Shown here one piece after another: positions 37,997 to 48,484 of a DNA stretch of 64,000 bases (position 1 is its first letter; each line of letters begins with the position of its first letter). Both the position numbers and the translations under genes were made by a program. The notes below the pieces were generated by a model. The model searched no databases, was not told the origin of the DNA, and saw only the letters and a list, made by a program, of their open reading frames with translations. Origin of the DNA: a bacterium. Its GTDB lineage: Bacteria > SAR324 > XYD2-FULL-50-16 > G965216635. The stretch spans positions 224,001-288,000 of the forward strand of contig OZ244188.1 of NCBI GenBank assembly GCA_965216635.1. Direction: 5' to 3'.

Positions 37997-38193
37997 CTGG
38001 AAATAATTTTTCTATTATAAGGAGTATGTTTTTCTATTTTCATACAATCAAATTTTGTTTGTCTAGCAAATAAAGAAAAAGTGCCAGTACCAGTGCGGTC
38101 TTTTTTTTCTGCTCCTTCTTCTATAATCTGCTTCAATAAATCTAAATAACTTTGCATTTTTTATGCGCTTAAACTTAAAATTTTATATTTTTT
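37997..38193 (-). repeat. Chimeric junction B: MTase 3' end, thyA 5' end | comM 3' end, decayed MTase 5' end
   Basis: Core identical to junction A; extends into copies of 34654-34686 and about 41244-41290. Confidence 0.95.
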
Positions 38194-39066
38194 TTCTACT
38201 AATTTTAATTCCTTATTTTTATTTTCCCAAATATTAACAAAATCTTTGTTTTGCATAGTGCGAATTTTCCCCAGATAGATTGAAACAAAAGAGTCATTAA
38301 TTTTTGTTTCTTTTGCTTCTACTACATTTTTTTTTGCTATTTCCACATAGTCAGAATCTAGCTCTATTCCAATATAGTTTCTTCCTAATTGTTTTGCTGC
38401 TATTGCTGTAGTTCCAGTTCCTATAAATGGATCTAAAACCACATCGTTTTCTTCTGTGGACATTAAAATCAACCTTTCTAAAAGAGGAATGGGTAACTGG
38501 CAAGGATGGTTATCTCGTCTTTTTTTGTGACGGAGTCTATGAATATCTGTCCATACATCTGAAAGTAAGGGACCGAATCCATGGGCTTGATCTTTTTTAC
38601 CGCCATAATCTTTTAGAAATTCTTTACAACTACGGCAACTAGAATGCGGAGCTCTAATATCATAAAATTTAAAATCTTTATAATTTTGCGAACGAGTGTA
38701 GTATAAAATTCCATAATGATTTGGTAGTAAAGTTTTGCCAAGCGGAACCCCACCAGAGTCCCAAGAAATCCAGTGTTTAAAGCAAGCAATTTTATTTAGA
38801 TATCCTGCATAGTAATTAAGCCAACGAGGAATGTTATGCACAAAAATAGAACCGCTAGGTTTTGTTACTCTTACCATTTCACTAATCCATTCTTTACACC
38901 AATTCAAATAGTCTTCTTGTTCTTTCGTATCTTCATAGGAAGTATAATTTTTTTTGAGGTTAAAAGGTGGGTCAGCAAAGCTCATATCTGCAGACTCATT
39001 TGGTATTTTTTTTAGCCATTGCAGGCAATCTCCTTCTATAATTTTATTGAGGTATTTTTTAAGCAT
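38161..39066 (-). CDS. Amino-DNA methyltransferase, beta class
   Basis: DPPFN before HPCQLP and DPFIGTGTT. Confidence 0.9.
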   Translation of the reverse strand: MLKKYLNKIIEGDCLQWLKKIPNESADMSFADPPFNLKKNYTSYEDTKEQEDYLNWCKEWISEMVRVTKPSGSIFVHNIPRWLNYYAGYLNKIACFKHWISWDSGGVPLGKTLLPNHYGILYYTRSQNYKDFKFYDIRAPHSSCRSCKEFLKDYGGKKDQAHGFGPLLSDVWTDIHRLRHKKRRDNHPCQLPIPLLERLILMSTEENDVVLDPFIGTGTTAIAAKQLGRNYIGIELDSDYVEIAKKNVVEAKETKINDSFVSIYLGKIRTMQNKDFVNIWENKNKELKLVEKKYKILSLSA

Positions 39067-39068
39067 AA

Positions 39069-40052
39069 TTATTTTTTAAAAGTTTGAATGAGAAGTTTTT
39101 TAAATCTTTCTAACTCTTCTTTATGAAAAGTAAAAACTTCATTATAAGCGCTAACCATTCTTTTTAAATCTCCTTTTCTTACATACCATCCAATACCATC
39201 TATAAATCCAATAAATTTCGCTTTTGGATAATGAGATTTGATAAGATAATCTACAGAAATTTCTGTTTTAGATTTGTCTCCCTGTCCTGATGAAGTTGTA
39301 ACTAAAAATGAACTTTCACCAATAATTAAAGGATTTCTTTTGTCTGGTATTATAAAATCCATTGTTCTTTTAGTGGTAGGAGCGTTAGTAACTAATTCGT
39401 TTAAATCTCCTTTTTCAAAAGGAATATTTAAATCTTTTAATATTTTTTCTATCAGTGTTTCAGGATTATTTTCTTTTTTTCCAGAATAGCTCCCTTTTTC
39501 TTTATACCTTACTAGAGTATCTATCATTTCTGGTATTTCAAATTTAAGTTTTGAAATACTTAATTTTTTGAGCTCAAATAAAGGAATAGTTTTAGCTAAA
39601 AATGGAATAGTAGAACCTTCAAAAAAAATATTCACTATCCCTTTCCTAAAAGATTGATTTTCTTTTATTATTTTTCTAATCTGACTGTCTGACCATTCTT
39701 TAATATCACTACTTTTTTCTTCAAACCATTCTTCTTTATTTACTAATCTATTAAGTTCATCATCATTAACTACTCTAATAATTGTTGTTAATCTTTTTAA
39801 AGTTTCATTAGAAAAACCTGTTAATGCCAATAACGCTCTCAAACCATTTTCTTTTTCAAGGAGTATTTTTTCAAATAACTCTTTCTTTAGTCCATTATTT
39901 TCAATTTCATTTTTTAAAAATAAAAGTATTTCTTTTAATGAATTCAGATAACCCTCATATTTTTCTTCAAAAATTGGGTTGAAAAAATAAAAAGTATTTT
40001 TACTGATTATAGTCTGAAATTTTGATTCTATTGTTGGTAAGTTTGTTTGCAT
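39069..40052 (-). CDS. Putative type II restriction endonuclease (PD-(D/E)xK, DpnII-like C-terminus)
   Basis: MDFIIP...IGESSF, FIDGIGW; lies between two methyltransferases. Confidence 0.7.
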   Translation of the reverse strand: MQTNLPTIESKFQTIISKNTFYFFNPIFEEKYEGYLNSLKEILLFLKNEIENNGLKKELFEKILLEKENGLRALLALTGFSNETLKRLTTIIRVVNDDELNRLVNKEEWFEEKSSDIKEWSDSQIRKIIKENQSFRKGIVNIFFEGSTIPFLAKTIPLFELKKLSISKLKFEIPEMIDTLVRYKEKGSYSGKKENNPETLIEKILKDLNIPFEKGDLNELVTNAPTTKRTMDFIIPDKRNPLIIGESSFLVTTSSGQGDKSKTEISVDYLIKSHYPKAKFIGFIDGIGWYVRKGDLKRMVSAYNEVFTFHKEELERFKKLLIQTFKK

Positions 40053-40056
40053 AGCA

Positions 40057-41289
40057 TTATTTTAAATTTTTAAAAAATAGAATAGATTCATTTTTCATAC
40101 TATTTTGAAGACCCCTAATAGGCTTGCTCATTTTTAGATTTAAACACAAATTTTGTTCTTTTGCTATTTCAATAATTTTATTTTCTAAATTTACTCCTTT
40201 TGTTTGAATCTCATTTGTTCCTATAATTATAATAATAAAAGAATCTTTCTTAGAAACTCTCTTCATTTCTTTTAAAGCTACTGCCATTTTTTCAAAATAC
40301 AATTCTAATTTACTTTCTATTCCTCGTCCTGACAAGCCAATCATTTCTTCTCTTAAGGTATTCAGATTATATCCGAGGTATTCTAGTTGAGGTTGATCGT
40401 TCTTTAGATAATCAATAGCAAAAGAATATGGAGGAGAAGTTATAATAGCGTCCACAGAATCGTCGTCAATAGGTAATTGTAATGCACTTGCTTGAATTAT
40501 TTTACTGTTGCCTATTTTTAATTTAACTTCTTTTCTTGCTTTTTGAAAATTACCTATAGTCGCAACATATCTTTCTAATACTCTCGGGAAAAGTTTTTCA
40601 ATAGAAGCACTAATTCTATTTGAGAATCCCATAGCATCTAAAAAAGCCAACAAAACTATTTCATAGTATCTTTTTTTATCACAAGGACTATTTGACAAAT
40701 AATTAAGGATTTTTTTACTTTTAAGTCCATTTAATAATCCTATTGGATTTTTTGTAATTTCTTGCAATATTTCAATATCTAAATTTAAAGCGAAGGTTTT
40801 TACTTGACCCATTAAATTACAAAAAGGACTCAAATCTACAGCAATAGAATTAAGATTAAGCAAATTTGCTTCTACTGAAAAAGTAGAACTCCCAGCCATT
40901 GGATCTAAAACTACATCTCCTTTTTTAATTTTTAAGATATTTAATAAAGCTCTAATTAATTGTGGATGAAATTTTCCACGGTATGGAAAAAGACTATGTG
41001 TAGAATAACCTGTAGAATATTTTCCATTTAAGAAAAATACTTTTGTTCTAAATGAACTTTCTTTATGAATTTCTTCAAGATTGTGTAAATTACAAGTTTT
41101 AAAATGAATCGTTTCTATTCCAGCCACCGTTTTGAAAAAGGCACTTCTATCAATTAATTCTGTTTTTGATAAATTTTCATATTCCCACAAAGCCAAATCT
41201 AATTCAAAAATATCATCTGTACCTTCAATTAACTGGTAACCTTCTGGAAATAATTTTTCTATTAAAGGAATATGTTTTTCTATTTTCAT
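40057..41289 (-). CDS. Amino-DNA methyltransferase, alpha class (probably N4-C)
   Basis: YRGKFHPQ, DPMAGSST, ITSPPY; ATGA-coupled to comM. Confidence 0.85.
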   Translation of the reverse strand: MKIEKHIPLIEKLFPEGYQLIEGTDDIFELDLALWEYENLSKTELIDRSAFFKTVAGIETIHFKTCNLHNLEEIHKESSFRTKVFFLNGKYSTGYSTHSLFPYRGKFHPQLIRALLNILKIKKGDVVLDPMAGSSTFSVEANLLNLNSIAVDLSPFCNLMGQVKTFALNLDIEILQEITKNPIGLLNGLKSKKILNYLSNSPCDKKRYYEIVLLAFLDAMGFSNRISASIEKLFPRVLERYVATIGNFQKARKEVKLKIGNSKIIQASALQLPIDDDSVDAIITSPPYSFAIDYLKNDQPQLEYLGYNLNTLREEMIGLSGRGIESKLELYFEKMAVALKEMKRVSKKDSFIIIIIGTNEIQTKGVNLENKIIEIAKEQNLCLNLKMSKPIRGLQNSMKNESILFFKNLK

Positions 41290-42824
41290 ACAATCAAATT
41301 TTGTTTGTCTAGGAAGCGGTAGTGCACAGCTTCGGCGAGGTGGGCGACTGCTACCGTTTCTTTTTTGTCAAGGTCTGCGATGGTGCGAGAAATTTTCAAA
41401 ATTCTATCATAAGCTCTACTAGAAAAATTAATTTTTTCCATTGTGGCACGCAGAAAATTAGAACCTTCTTTATTCAGTTCACAAAAAATTTCAATTTGCC
41501 TGCGACTCATATCAGAATTTGTTTTAGTTGTACTTTTTTTAAATCGTTCTTTTTGGATAGCAGCAACAGCCATCACTTTTTCTAAAACCATACGACTGCT
41601 AGATTCCGTTTCTGTTTGCTGCATTTCATCAAAGGAAAGATGGGGCATTTCTATTTGTAGGTCAATTCTGTCTAATAGTGGTCCAGAAATACGCGAGCGA
41701 TATTTTTGAATTTGGTAGGGAGTGCAATTACAACTATGCAGCGAGCTTCCATAATAACCGCAAGGGCAGGGGTTCATTGCACATACAAGCAAAAATCCAG
41801 TGGGTAGGGTGATACTCATATTTGCTCGGGAAATAGTGACCTCTTTGGCTTCCATAGGTTGTCTAAGGTTTTCTAAAGTTGTTCTTTGAAATTCTGGAAG
41901 TTCATCTAAAAAAAGCACTCCATTATGAGCGAGGGATGCTTCTCCAGCTTTAGGTTGACTACCTCCTCCAATAAGTCCAGCGGGTGAAATTGTATGGTGC
42001 GGAGAGCGGAAAGGTCTTTCAGTTGAGATTTCTTCGGTTTTTCTTAAATTTCCAGTCGCTGAATGAATTTGGATTAAGCTTAAACACTCTGCTATACTCA
42101 ACGGAGGTAGGATTGTTTTTAATCTACGAGCAAGCATTGTTTTTCCAGTTCCTGGGGGACCACAAAATAAAATATTGTGATTACCAGCAGCAGCTATTTC
42201 TAAAGCTCTTTTTGCTTTTTGTTGTCCTTTTACTTCGTTTAAATCTTCAGCGTAGTAGGGCAATTCTATTTTAGGTGGCTGATATTGAGCTAGAATAAGT
42301 TCTTTTCCAAAATCAAAAAAATCTATCACCTGTTTTAAATTTTCGGCTAGATATATTTCCATTCCTTCTACTAGGCTTGCTTCTTTTTGGTTTTCTGCAG
42401 GTAAAATGATTTTGCGGATGCCTTTTTTTTTAGCAGCTAAAAGAATTGGCAAGATGCCCTGCACCGAGCGAATTTTTCCTTGCAAAGACAATTCTCCGAC
42501 TAAAAGAAATTCTTTGATTTTGTCTTTGGGTATGTTGTGATTAGCGGCAAGAATAGCAATCGCCAAGGGTAAGTCAAATCCTGTGCCCTGTTTTTTTAAG
42601 TTCACAGGGGCAAGATTGACTATGACTTTATAAAGATAAAAACCTTTGAGGAGATAGTTGAGAGAAGCAAAAATACGGTCTCTACTTTCACGAATAATAT
42701 TATCGGGCAAGCCTACGATATTAAAATAACTAGTGCCTGAACTAACCTCTACTTCTACAGTTACTAGGTGGGCTTCTATACCCCAAAGAGTGGCGGTGTT
42801 TGTAATTGCAATACTAGAAGCCAT
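41286..42824 (-). CDS. comM: YifB/ComM Mg-chelatase-like AAA+ ATPase
   Basis: VGLPD...ESRDR, DLPLA, GPPGTGKTM, FRSPHH, LFLDELPEF, MNPCPCG. Confidence 0.92.
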   Translation of the reverse strand: MASSIAITNTATLWGIEAHLVTVEVEVSSGTSYFNIVGLPDNIIRESRDRIFASLNYLLKGFYLYKVIVNLAPVNLKKQGTGFDLPLAIAILAANHNIPKDKIKEFLLVGELSLQGKIRSVQGILPILLAAKKKGIRKIILPAENQKEASLVEGMEIYLAENLKQVIDFFDFGKELILAQYQPPKIELPYYAEDLNEVKGQQKAKRALEIAAAGNHNILFCGPPGTGKTMLARRLKTILPPLSIAECLSLIQIHSATGNLRKTEEISTERPFRSPHHTISPAGLIGGGSQPKAGEASLAHNGVLFLDELPEFQRTTLENLRQPMEAKEVTISRANMSITLPTGFLLVCAMNPCPCGYYGSSLHSCNCTPYQIQKYRSRISGPLLDRIDLQIEMPHLSFDEMQQTETESSSRMVLEKVMAVAAIQKERFKKSTTKTNSDMSRRQIEIFCELNKEGSNFLRATMEKINFSSRAYDRILKISRTIADLDKKETVAVAHLAEAVHYRFLDKQNLIV

Positions 42825-44256
42825 AAAAATTATTTTTAGTAAATAGCTTAGACTGTGCATTTAATTTAGCATAAAAATCTCCTAAAAGATAGATAGAGCC
42901 AGTCACCAAAAAAATAGAATAATTTGCAAACATTCCTTTAAGGAATTTTTCTATAACCTCTTCTAAAGTTTGCGGGCTGTTGGTTTTTAAATGAGCTTTT
43001 TTTAAAGTAGTTTGAATACTAGCAATATCGCCAGCTTTGGAGTGTTTAAAATCTATGGGTAAAAACTCTATATTCAGGTGAGAGAATTTTTTGAGGGATA
43101 CAAAAATTTCCTTTTTTTGTACCCAATGGATGGCACAAAGAATTTTATCTTTAAAATGATGTTGCTGGAGATGTTTTGCTAAAGATTCTATTCCTTGAGA
43201 GTTATGAGCAGCGTCTAAAAGCAAAGTAGGTTTTATTTTTGAAATATAATGCAACCGTGCGGGCCAATGGCTCTTTTGTAGACTGGATGCTATTTTTTTT
43301 TTTGTTAGCCTTTTTTGAGGAGGCACAATAGAAAAGTAAGAAGCGAGAGCTGTAGCTATATTTTCTAATTGGTAGGTAGATATTGTCTGGTTTTTTACTG
43401 GGTTTTTTGCTGGGTTTTTTATTGGGTTTTTTACTGGGCTTTTTATTGGGCTTTTTATTGGGCTTTTATTCTTTGTCCGAATGGGAATTTCTAAAGTTTG
43501 TTCTGTTTTTTTTTTTTGCCATTTTTTTTGTTTAGAGAGAAAAAAATAGGTGTCTTTTCTTTTTTCTAAAAAAAAATCGTTCCCAAAAATTGTTTTTTCA
43601 TTATTCGGGAATTTATCTTGCAAAAGTTTTAAAACAGAATTTTCTTGTGAAGAGCTGATGATAAGGGATTTTTTTTTAACAATACCAAATTTTTCTTGAG
43701 CGATTTCAAGCAAACTATTCCCTAGAAATTCTGTGTGATCTAAAGAAATAGGAGAAAAAATACAGGCAAGACTTTTAGGGATTGCATTGGTAGAATCCAT
43801 TCTTCCTCCCATACCCGTCTCTAATAAAATGTAGTCTGGTTTTTTTTTTTTAAACCAAAAAAAAGCAAGTCCGATACTAAATTCAAAAAAAGTCGGTTTG
43901 ACGAGCCAATTTTTATCATTCTTAGAATAAGGGTCTATGCAGCAAATTTCACAAATTTCATCAAAATTTTCTTTTAACTCTGCATCGGAAATCTGTTTGG
44001 CTTGAAAACGAAATCTTTCATTGTAGTCTAATAAATGCGGTGAGGTTGTCATACATACTTTAAAACCACTATCTATTAAGAGTCTTTCTAAAAAACTTAG
44101 AATAGAGCCTTTGCCATTTGTGCCTGCTATGTGAATGATGGCTGGGTGGATCTGTGGATTACCTAGTTTCTCTAAAAATTTATACGTTGTCTCTAATCCT
44201 AGTCTAATATGAAACTCTCCTAATCTATAAATAAAATCCAGCAAATAGTTATCCAT
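42814..44256 (-). CDS. folC: Folylpolyglutamate synthase/dihydrofolate synthase
   Basis: HIAGTNGKGS, TSPHL, ETGMGGRMDSTN, LDAAHN, VTGSIY. Confidence 0.92.
   Translation of the reverse strand: MDNYLLDFIYRLGEFHIRLGLETTYKFLEKLGNPQIHPAIIHIAGTNGKGSILSFLERLLIDSGFKVCMTTSPHLLDYNERFRFQAKQISDAELKENFDEICEICCIDPYSKNDKNWLVKPTFFEFSIGLAFFWFKKKKPDYILLETGMGGRMDSTNAIPKSLACIFSPISLDHTEFLGNSLLEIAQEKFGIVKKKSLIISSSQENSVLKLLQDKFPNNEKTIFGNDFFLEKRKDTYFFLSKQKKWQKKKTEQTLEIPIRTKNKSPIKSPIKSPVKNPIKNPAKNPVKNQTISTYQLENIATALASYFSIVPPQKRLTKKKIASSLQKSHWPARLHYISKIKPTLLLDAAHNSQGIESLAKHLQQHHFKDKILCAIHWVQKKEIFVSLKKFSHLNIEFLPIDFKHSKAGDIASIQTTLKKAHLKTNSPQTLEEVIEKFLKGMFANYSIFLVTGSIYLLGDFYAKLNAQSKLFTKNNFYGF
43388..43470 (-). repeat. 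About 7 x 12-nt in-frame repeat in folC (K[S/N]P[I/V/A])
   Basis: KSPIKSPIKSPVKNPIKNPAKNPVKNQ. Confidence 0.9.
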
Positions 44257-44260
44257 TTTT

Positions 44261-44932
44261 TTAGTCTTCAGTGTTACGAAGCATCGGCACAAAAGAAACT
44301 CCACAAATTTTTCTAATAGCCAGTTTCGGGTTCTTTGGATTTTCGGATTCTTTGGTTATCTCTAGTAAATCTTGATATCCTCTTTCTCCTACGGGGGTGA
44401 TAATTTTTCCTCCTATTTTTAACTGACTGACTAATTCTTTAGGAATGAGTTTGGGAGCGCAGGAGATAAGAATAGCATCATAAGGAGAATGCTCTTGCCA
44501 GCCTTGGTGTCCATCCCCTAGTTTTAAGTGAACGTTAGAAAGAGCCATTTTTTTTAAATTATTTTTTCCCTTTAAATGAAGATAGCGAATTCTTTCAACA
44601 CTAAAAACTTGCCCCTGTGAACTTAACAAAAGTTTTGCTAAGATAGCTGTTTGGTAACCGCACCCTGTGCCTATTTCCAAGATATTTTGACACTTTGCTT
44701 TTAAGACAAGTTCTGTCATTAAGGCTACAATGTAAGGTTGTGATATTGTCTGTCCCGCTCCTATAGGTAGAGGTCTATCGTCGTAGGCTTGGAGTTGGTA
44801 GTTTTCTGCTACAAAAAGATGACGAGGCACCTGCTCCATAGCCTTTAATAGATCTGGATTTTGAACGCCCCGAAAAATGATTTGCTCGCGTATCATTTTT
44901 TCGGTTTTTTTCATCCAGTTATTTTTTGCCAT
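44261..44932 (-). CDS. pcm: Protein-L-isoaspartate O-methyltransferase
   Basis: VPRHLFV, GQTISQPY, LEIGTGCGY, GDG..GW...PYD. Confidence 0.93.
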   Translation of the reverse strand: MAKNNWMKKTEKMIREQIIFRGVQNPDLLKAMEQVPRHLFVAENYQLQAYDDRPLPIGAGQTISQPYIVALMTELVLKAKCQNILEIGTGCGYQTAILAKLLLSSQGQVFSVERIRYLHLKGKNNLKKMALSNVHLKLGDGHQGWQEHSPYDAILISCAPKLIPKELVSQLKIGGKIITPVGERGYQDLLEITKESENPKNPKLAIRKICGVSFVPMLRNTED

Positions 44933-44996
44933 TGATTTTTTGCCAATTATTTTTTACCAATTATTTTTTACCAGTTATTTTTTGCCAGTATTTTTT
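44915..44996. repeat. 5-6 x 14-nt tandem repeat spanning the pcm start
   Basis: CCARTTATTTTTTR units at 44915, 44929, 44943, 44957, 44971, 44985. Confidence 0.85.
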
Positions 44997-45012
44997 TTAT
45001 GGGTAGCATCCA

Positions 45013-45429
45013 CTAATTCAAAATATCTGGTTTTACCAGACTAAAAGTAGGGATAAGAACTTCAAAGGTTTCTGAAGAAGTAATATAACACATTGTAAAA
45101 GCACCATGCATAGAACCTACAGGAGTAGATATTTGAGCCCAGCTATCGTATTCAAATTTTTCTTGTGGTGCAAAAAATGGTTGTTGCCCTACTACCCCCT
45201 CTCCTTGCACGATGCGTTTTTCTCCATCTGCGTTTTCAATAACCCATCTACGAGATAAAAGCTGCACATTCTCTTCGGTTAAATTTTGAATAGTTATAAA
45301 ATAACCAAAAGCATAAATATTTTCTGTATCACTAGAATATTGCGGCAAATAAAATGTTTGTATGGAAATAGATATATTTTTATCTATGGATTGTATTTTT
45401 TCTGATAAATTTTTTTTTGAAAAAAGCAT
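45013..45429 (-). CDS. apaG: ApaG protein
   Basis: Y.ITI.N, VQLLSRRW.I, GEGVVGQQP, GSMHG. Confidence 0.92.
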   Translation of the reverse strand: MLFSKKNLSEKIQSIDKNISISIQTFYLPQYSSDTENIYAFGYFITIQNLTEENVQLLSRRWVIENADGEKRIVQGEGVVGQQPFFAPQEKFEYDSWAQISTPVGSMHGAFTMCYITSSETFEVLIPTFSLVKPDILN

Positions 45430-45596
45430 AGCTCAAAAGGTCTCTCTAATTAATTGATAACTCCTAGCAAGAAGTCTTTGTAGCATATTTTTAGGAAAAA
45501 TCCAAACTTCAGTTTTTACAAAATTTTACTTCTTTTTTTCTGTGTTGAATAAAATTGTAGATATTTGTAAACTAAAAGAGACTAAAAAAACAAAAA

Positions 45597-48005
45597 ATGG
45601 CATACAACCCCGCAAAAATAGAGCCCAAGTGGCAAAACTACTGGCTTAAAAACAAAATTTTTAAAGCAGAACTTAACCACGAAAAAAAAAAATTTTATTG
45701 TCTTGATATGTTTCCTTATCCTTCAGGGAATGGATTGCATGTGGGGCATCCCGAAGGCTATACGGCAACGGATATCTATTGTCGTTATAAAAGAATGAAA
45801 GGCTTTAATGTTTTGCATACAATGGGCTGGGATGCTTTTGGCTTGCCTGCTGAACAATACGCCTTAAAAACAGGAGTACATCCCGCAAAGACAACGAAAA
45901 AAAATATTGCTACCTTTAAAAAACAGATCCAATCACTAGGTTTTTCTTACGACTGGGATAGAGAAATCAACACTACAGATCCTGATTATTATAAATGGAC
46001 TCAATGGATATTTTTGAAAATTTTCAAAAAAAATTTGGCTTATCAAGAAGAAGCTCCAGTAAATTGGTGTCCTGGGTTAAAAGCTGTTTTATCCCACGAA
46101 GAAGTAGCTGATGGACTTTCTGTAGAAGGGGGGCATCCAGTCTATCAAAAAAATTTAAGACAATGGAAATTAAAAATCACTGCCTATGCAGATGCACTTT
46201 TAAAAGATTTAGAAAAACTAGATTGGCCCGAGGCTATTAAAGAGCAGCAACGCAACTGGATCGGAAAATCGCAAGGTGTGATTGTTAAATTTTTGGTAGC
46301 ACAAAAGCAAAATTTATTTTTTGAGATTTATACGACAAGAGCAGACACTCTTTTTGGAGCGACCTACTGCGTGTTAGCACCCGAACACCCACTTTTGACG
46401 AAGATTACTACCCTTGAAAAACTTGATGCAGTAGAAAAATATTTAGCACAAAGCCTCGTTAAAAGTGAACGAGAAAGGATGAGTGAAAAAAAAAAAACAG
46501 GAGTTTTCACTGGTGCTTATGCTATCAATCCAGTGAACCAAGAAAAAATACCGATTTGGGTTTCCGATTATGTTTTGATTAGCTATGGCACAGGAGCTAT
46601 TATGGCAGTTCCAGCCCACGATCAAAGAGACTACGAATTTGCAAAAAACTTCAATTTAGAAATCAGGAAAGTTGTATTTGGGGGCAACCTCAGTGAAGAA
46701 GCTTATAGCGGAGAAGGAAAAATTGTAAACAGTGATTTTCTTAATGGTCTAAACTCTAAAGAAGCAATCCAAAAAATCACAGAATACTTAGTGCAAAAAA
46801 AACTAGGAAAAAAAGAAACTCACTACAAACTGAGAGATTGGCTTTTTTCAAGACAACGTTATTGGGGCGAGCCTATACCTATATTTTTTGACGAAAAGGG
46901 CAATCCAGTTCCTCTGGACGAAAAAGAATTGCCTTTGCTACTACCTGAAACAGATTCTTTTACTCCGTTGGATAACGGAGAAAGCAGACTAGCAGCTATA
47001 GAAAATTGGATAAAGTTCAAAAAAGAAGACAAAAATTATACAAGAGAAAGCAATACTATGCCGCAATGGGCTGGTAGTTGTTGGTATTATTTGAGATTTG
47101 TGGACCCGCAAAATAAAAATCAGGCTTGGTCTGAAGAAGCAGAAAAATATTGGATGCCGGTAGACCTTTATGTAGGCGGAGCGGAGCACGCCGTTTTGCA
47201 CCTTTTGTATGCCCGATTTTGGCATAAGGTTCTTTATGACTGTGGATTGGTTCATACCAAAGAGCCTTTTCAAAAATTGCTTAATCAAGGAATGATTTTA
47301 GGTAGTGACGGTCAGAAGATGTCTAAATCTAGAGGAAATGTAATCAACCCCGATGAGATTGTAGCTGAGTTCGGCGCAGATTCTTTAAGGCTTTACGAAA
47401 TGTTTATGGGTCCCTTAGACAAAGCCAAGCCTTGGCAAATAAACGGAGCGGATGGGATTTTTCGCTTCTTAAATCGTGTTTGGAATATGGTTGTGGACTC
47501 CGTTGACAAGCTGGATTCTAGCATCCAAGAAATAGAAGCGAGTGAAGAAGATAAAAAATTGTTACACCGCACAATCAAAAAAGTAGGCGAAGATATAGAA
47601 GCTATCCATTTAAATACAGCCATCTCAGAAATGATGATTTTCGTCAATCAATTTTCTAAAAACAGAGTAAAACCCTTAGAAATTGTAAGAAATTTTATTT
47701 TATTACTCTCCCCCTTTGCTCCTCATCTGGCAGAAGAGCTTTGGCAAAAAATTGGAGAAAAAGAAAGTCTCGCTTACCACCCTTGGCCCCTTTATCAAGA
47801 AAAATATCTAGTCCAAGAGAGCTATATATTACCCGTACAAATCAATGGAAAAGTGCGGCTACAACTCAAGGCACGAATAGGAGAAACCCAAGAAAATATA
47901 CTGAAAAAAATAAGGCAAGAAGAAAAACTAGAAAAATATCTCAAAGGAAAAGAAATCAAAAAAATCATCTTTGTTCCAGATAAAATAATGAATTTGGTGC
48001 TCTGA
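45597..48005 (+). CDS. leuS: Leucine-tRNA ligase
   Basis: MFPYPSG, HVGH, SRQRYWG, KMSKS. Confidence 0.97.
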   Translation: MAYNPAKIEPKWQNYWLKNKIFKAELNHEKKKFYCLDMFPYPSGNGLHVGHPEGYTATDIYCRYKRMKGFNVLHTMGWDAFGLPAEQYALKTGVHPAKTTKKNIATFKKQIQSLGFSYDWDREINTTDPDYYKWTQWIFLKIFKKNLAYQEEAPVNWCPGLKAVLSHEEVADGLSVEGGHPVYQKNLRQWKLKITAYADALLKDLEKLDWPEAIKEQQRNWIGKSQGVIVKFLVAQKQNLFFEIYTTRADTLFGATYCVLAPEHPLLTKITTLEKLDAVEKYLAQSLVKSERERMSEKKKTGVFTGAYAINPVNQEKIPIWVSDYVLISYGTGAIMAVPAHDQRDYEFAKNFNLEIRKVVFGGNLSEEAYSGEGKIVNSDFLNGLNSKEAIQKITEYLVQKKLGKKETHYKLRDWLFSRQRYWGEPIPIFFDEKGNPVPLDEKELPLLLPETDSFTPLDNGESRLAAIENWIKFKKEDKNYTRESNTMPQWAGSCWYYLRFVDPQNKNQAWSEEAEKYWMPVDLYVGGAEHAVLHLLYARFWHKVLYDCGLVHTKEPFQKLLNQGMILGSDGQKMSKSRGNVINPDEIVAEFGADSLRLYEMFMGPLDKAKPWQINGADGIFRFLNRVWNMVVDSVDKLDSSIQEIEASEEDKKLLHRTIKKVGEDIEAIHLNTAISEMMIFVNQFSKNRVKPLEIVRNFILLLSPFAPHLAEELWQKIGEKESLAYHPWPLYQEKYLVQESYILPVQINGKVRLQLKARIGETQENILKKIRQEEKLEKYLKGKEIKKIIFVPDKIMNLVL

Positions 48006-48031
48006 TACCCTAATACCTGATACCCGAAACT

Positions 48032-48300
48032 ATGAAATTAAGATATTTTTTTGAGTAAGTTAGGGGTTGATAATATTTCAATAAAGTATTAAAAATAAAA
48101 GAAATACAGACCTAGAAGAAAAGAGACCTATTTTTGACTATTTAAAATTGAACACAGAAACAATAGAAAAATATTTAAAAAAAGAAAAAAACAACATTAC
48201 TAACACTAAGGTCAAAAATTTTAGTCAAAAATTCTTATCAGGGATAAAAGATGCTAAAAATATGGTGACTGTGTTTGAATTTTTTAAAGATTTGTTTTAA
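48032..48300 (+). pseudogene. Internally deleted remnant of a paralog of the 13842 ATPase
   Basis: EKRPIFDYLKLN...KYLKK...KFL...KNMVTVFEFFKDLF* aligns with the ATPase C-terminus EAKPISDYFQLN...KYFEK...KFL...KNIADVIEFSKNL*. Confidence 0.65.
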
Positions 48301-48344
48301 AGAAAAATAAAAAAGTTATGTTTTTTTATTTTTGTGTTATTATT

Positions 48345-48480
48345 CTTTGTAAAGTTTTATAAAAATAAAACTGAATAACCTAAATTAACTAAAAAAAAGA
48401 TTGACTATTTTTATTTTTTTAGTTACTCTTTGTAAAGTTTTATAAAAATAAAACTGAATAACCTAAATTAACTATAAAAA
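48345..48480. repeat. Tandem duplication (period about 83 bp) of the upstream region of the 48485 gene
   Basis: CTTTGTAAAGTTTTATAAAAATAAAACTGAATAACCTAAATTAACTA at 48345 and 48428. Confidence 0.85.
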
Positions 48481-48484
48481 GACT

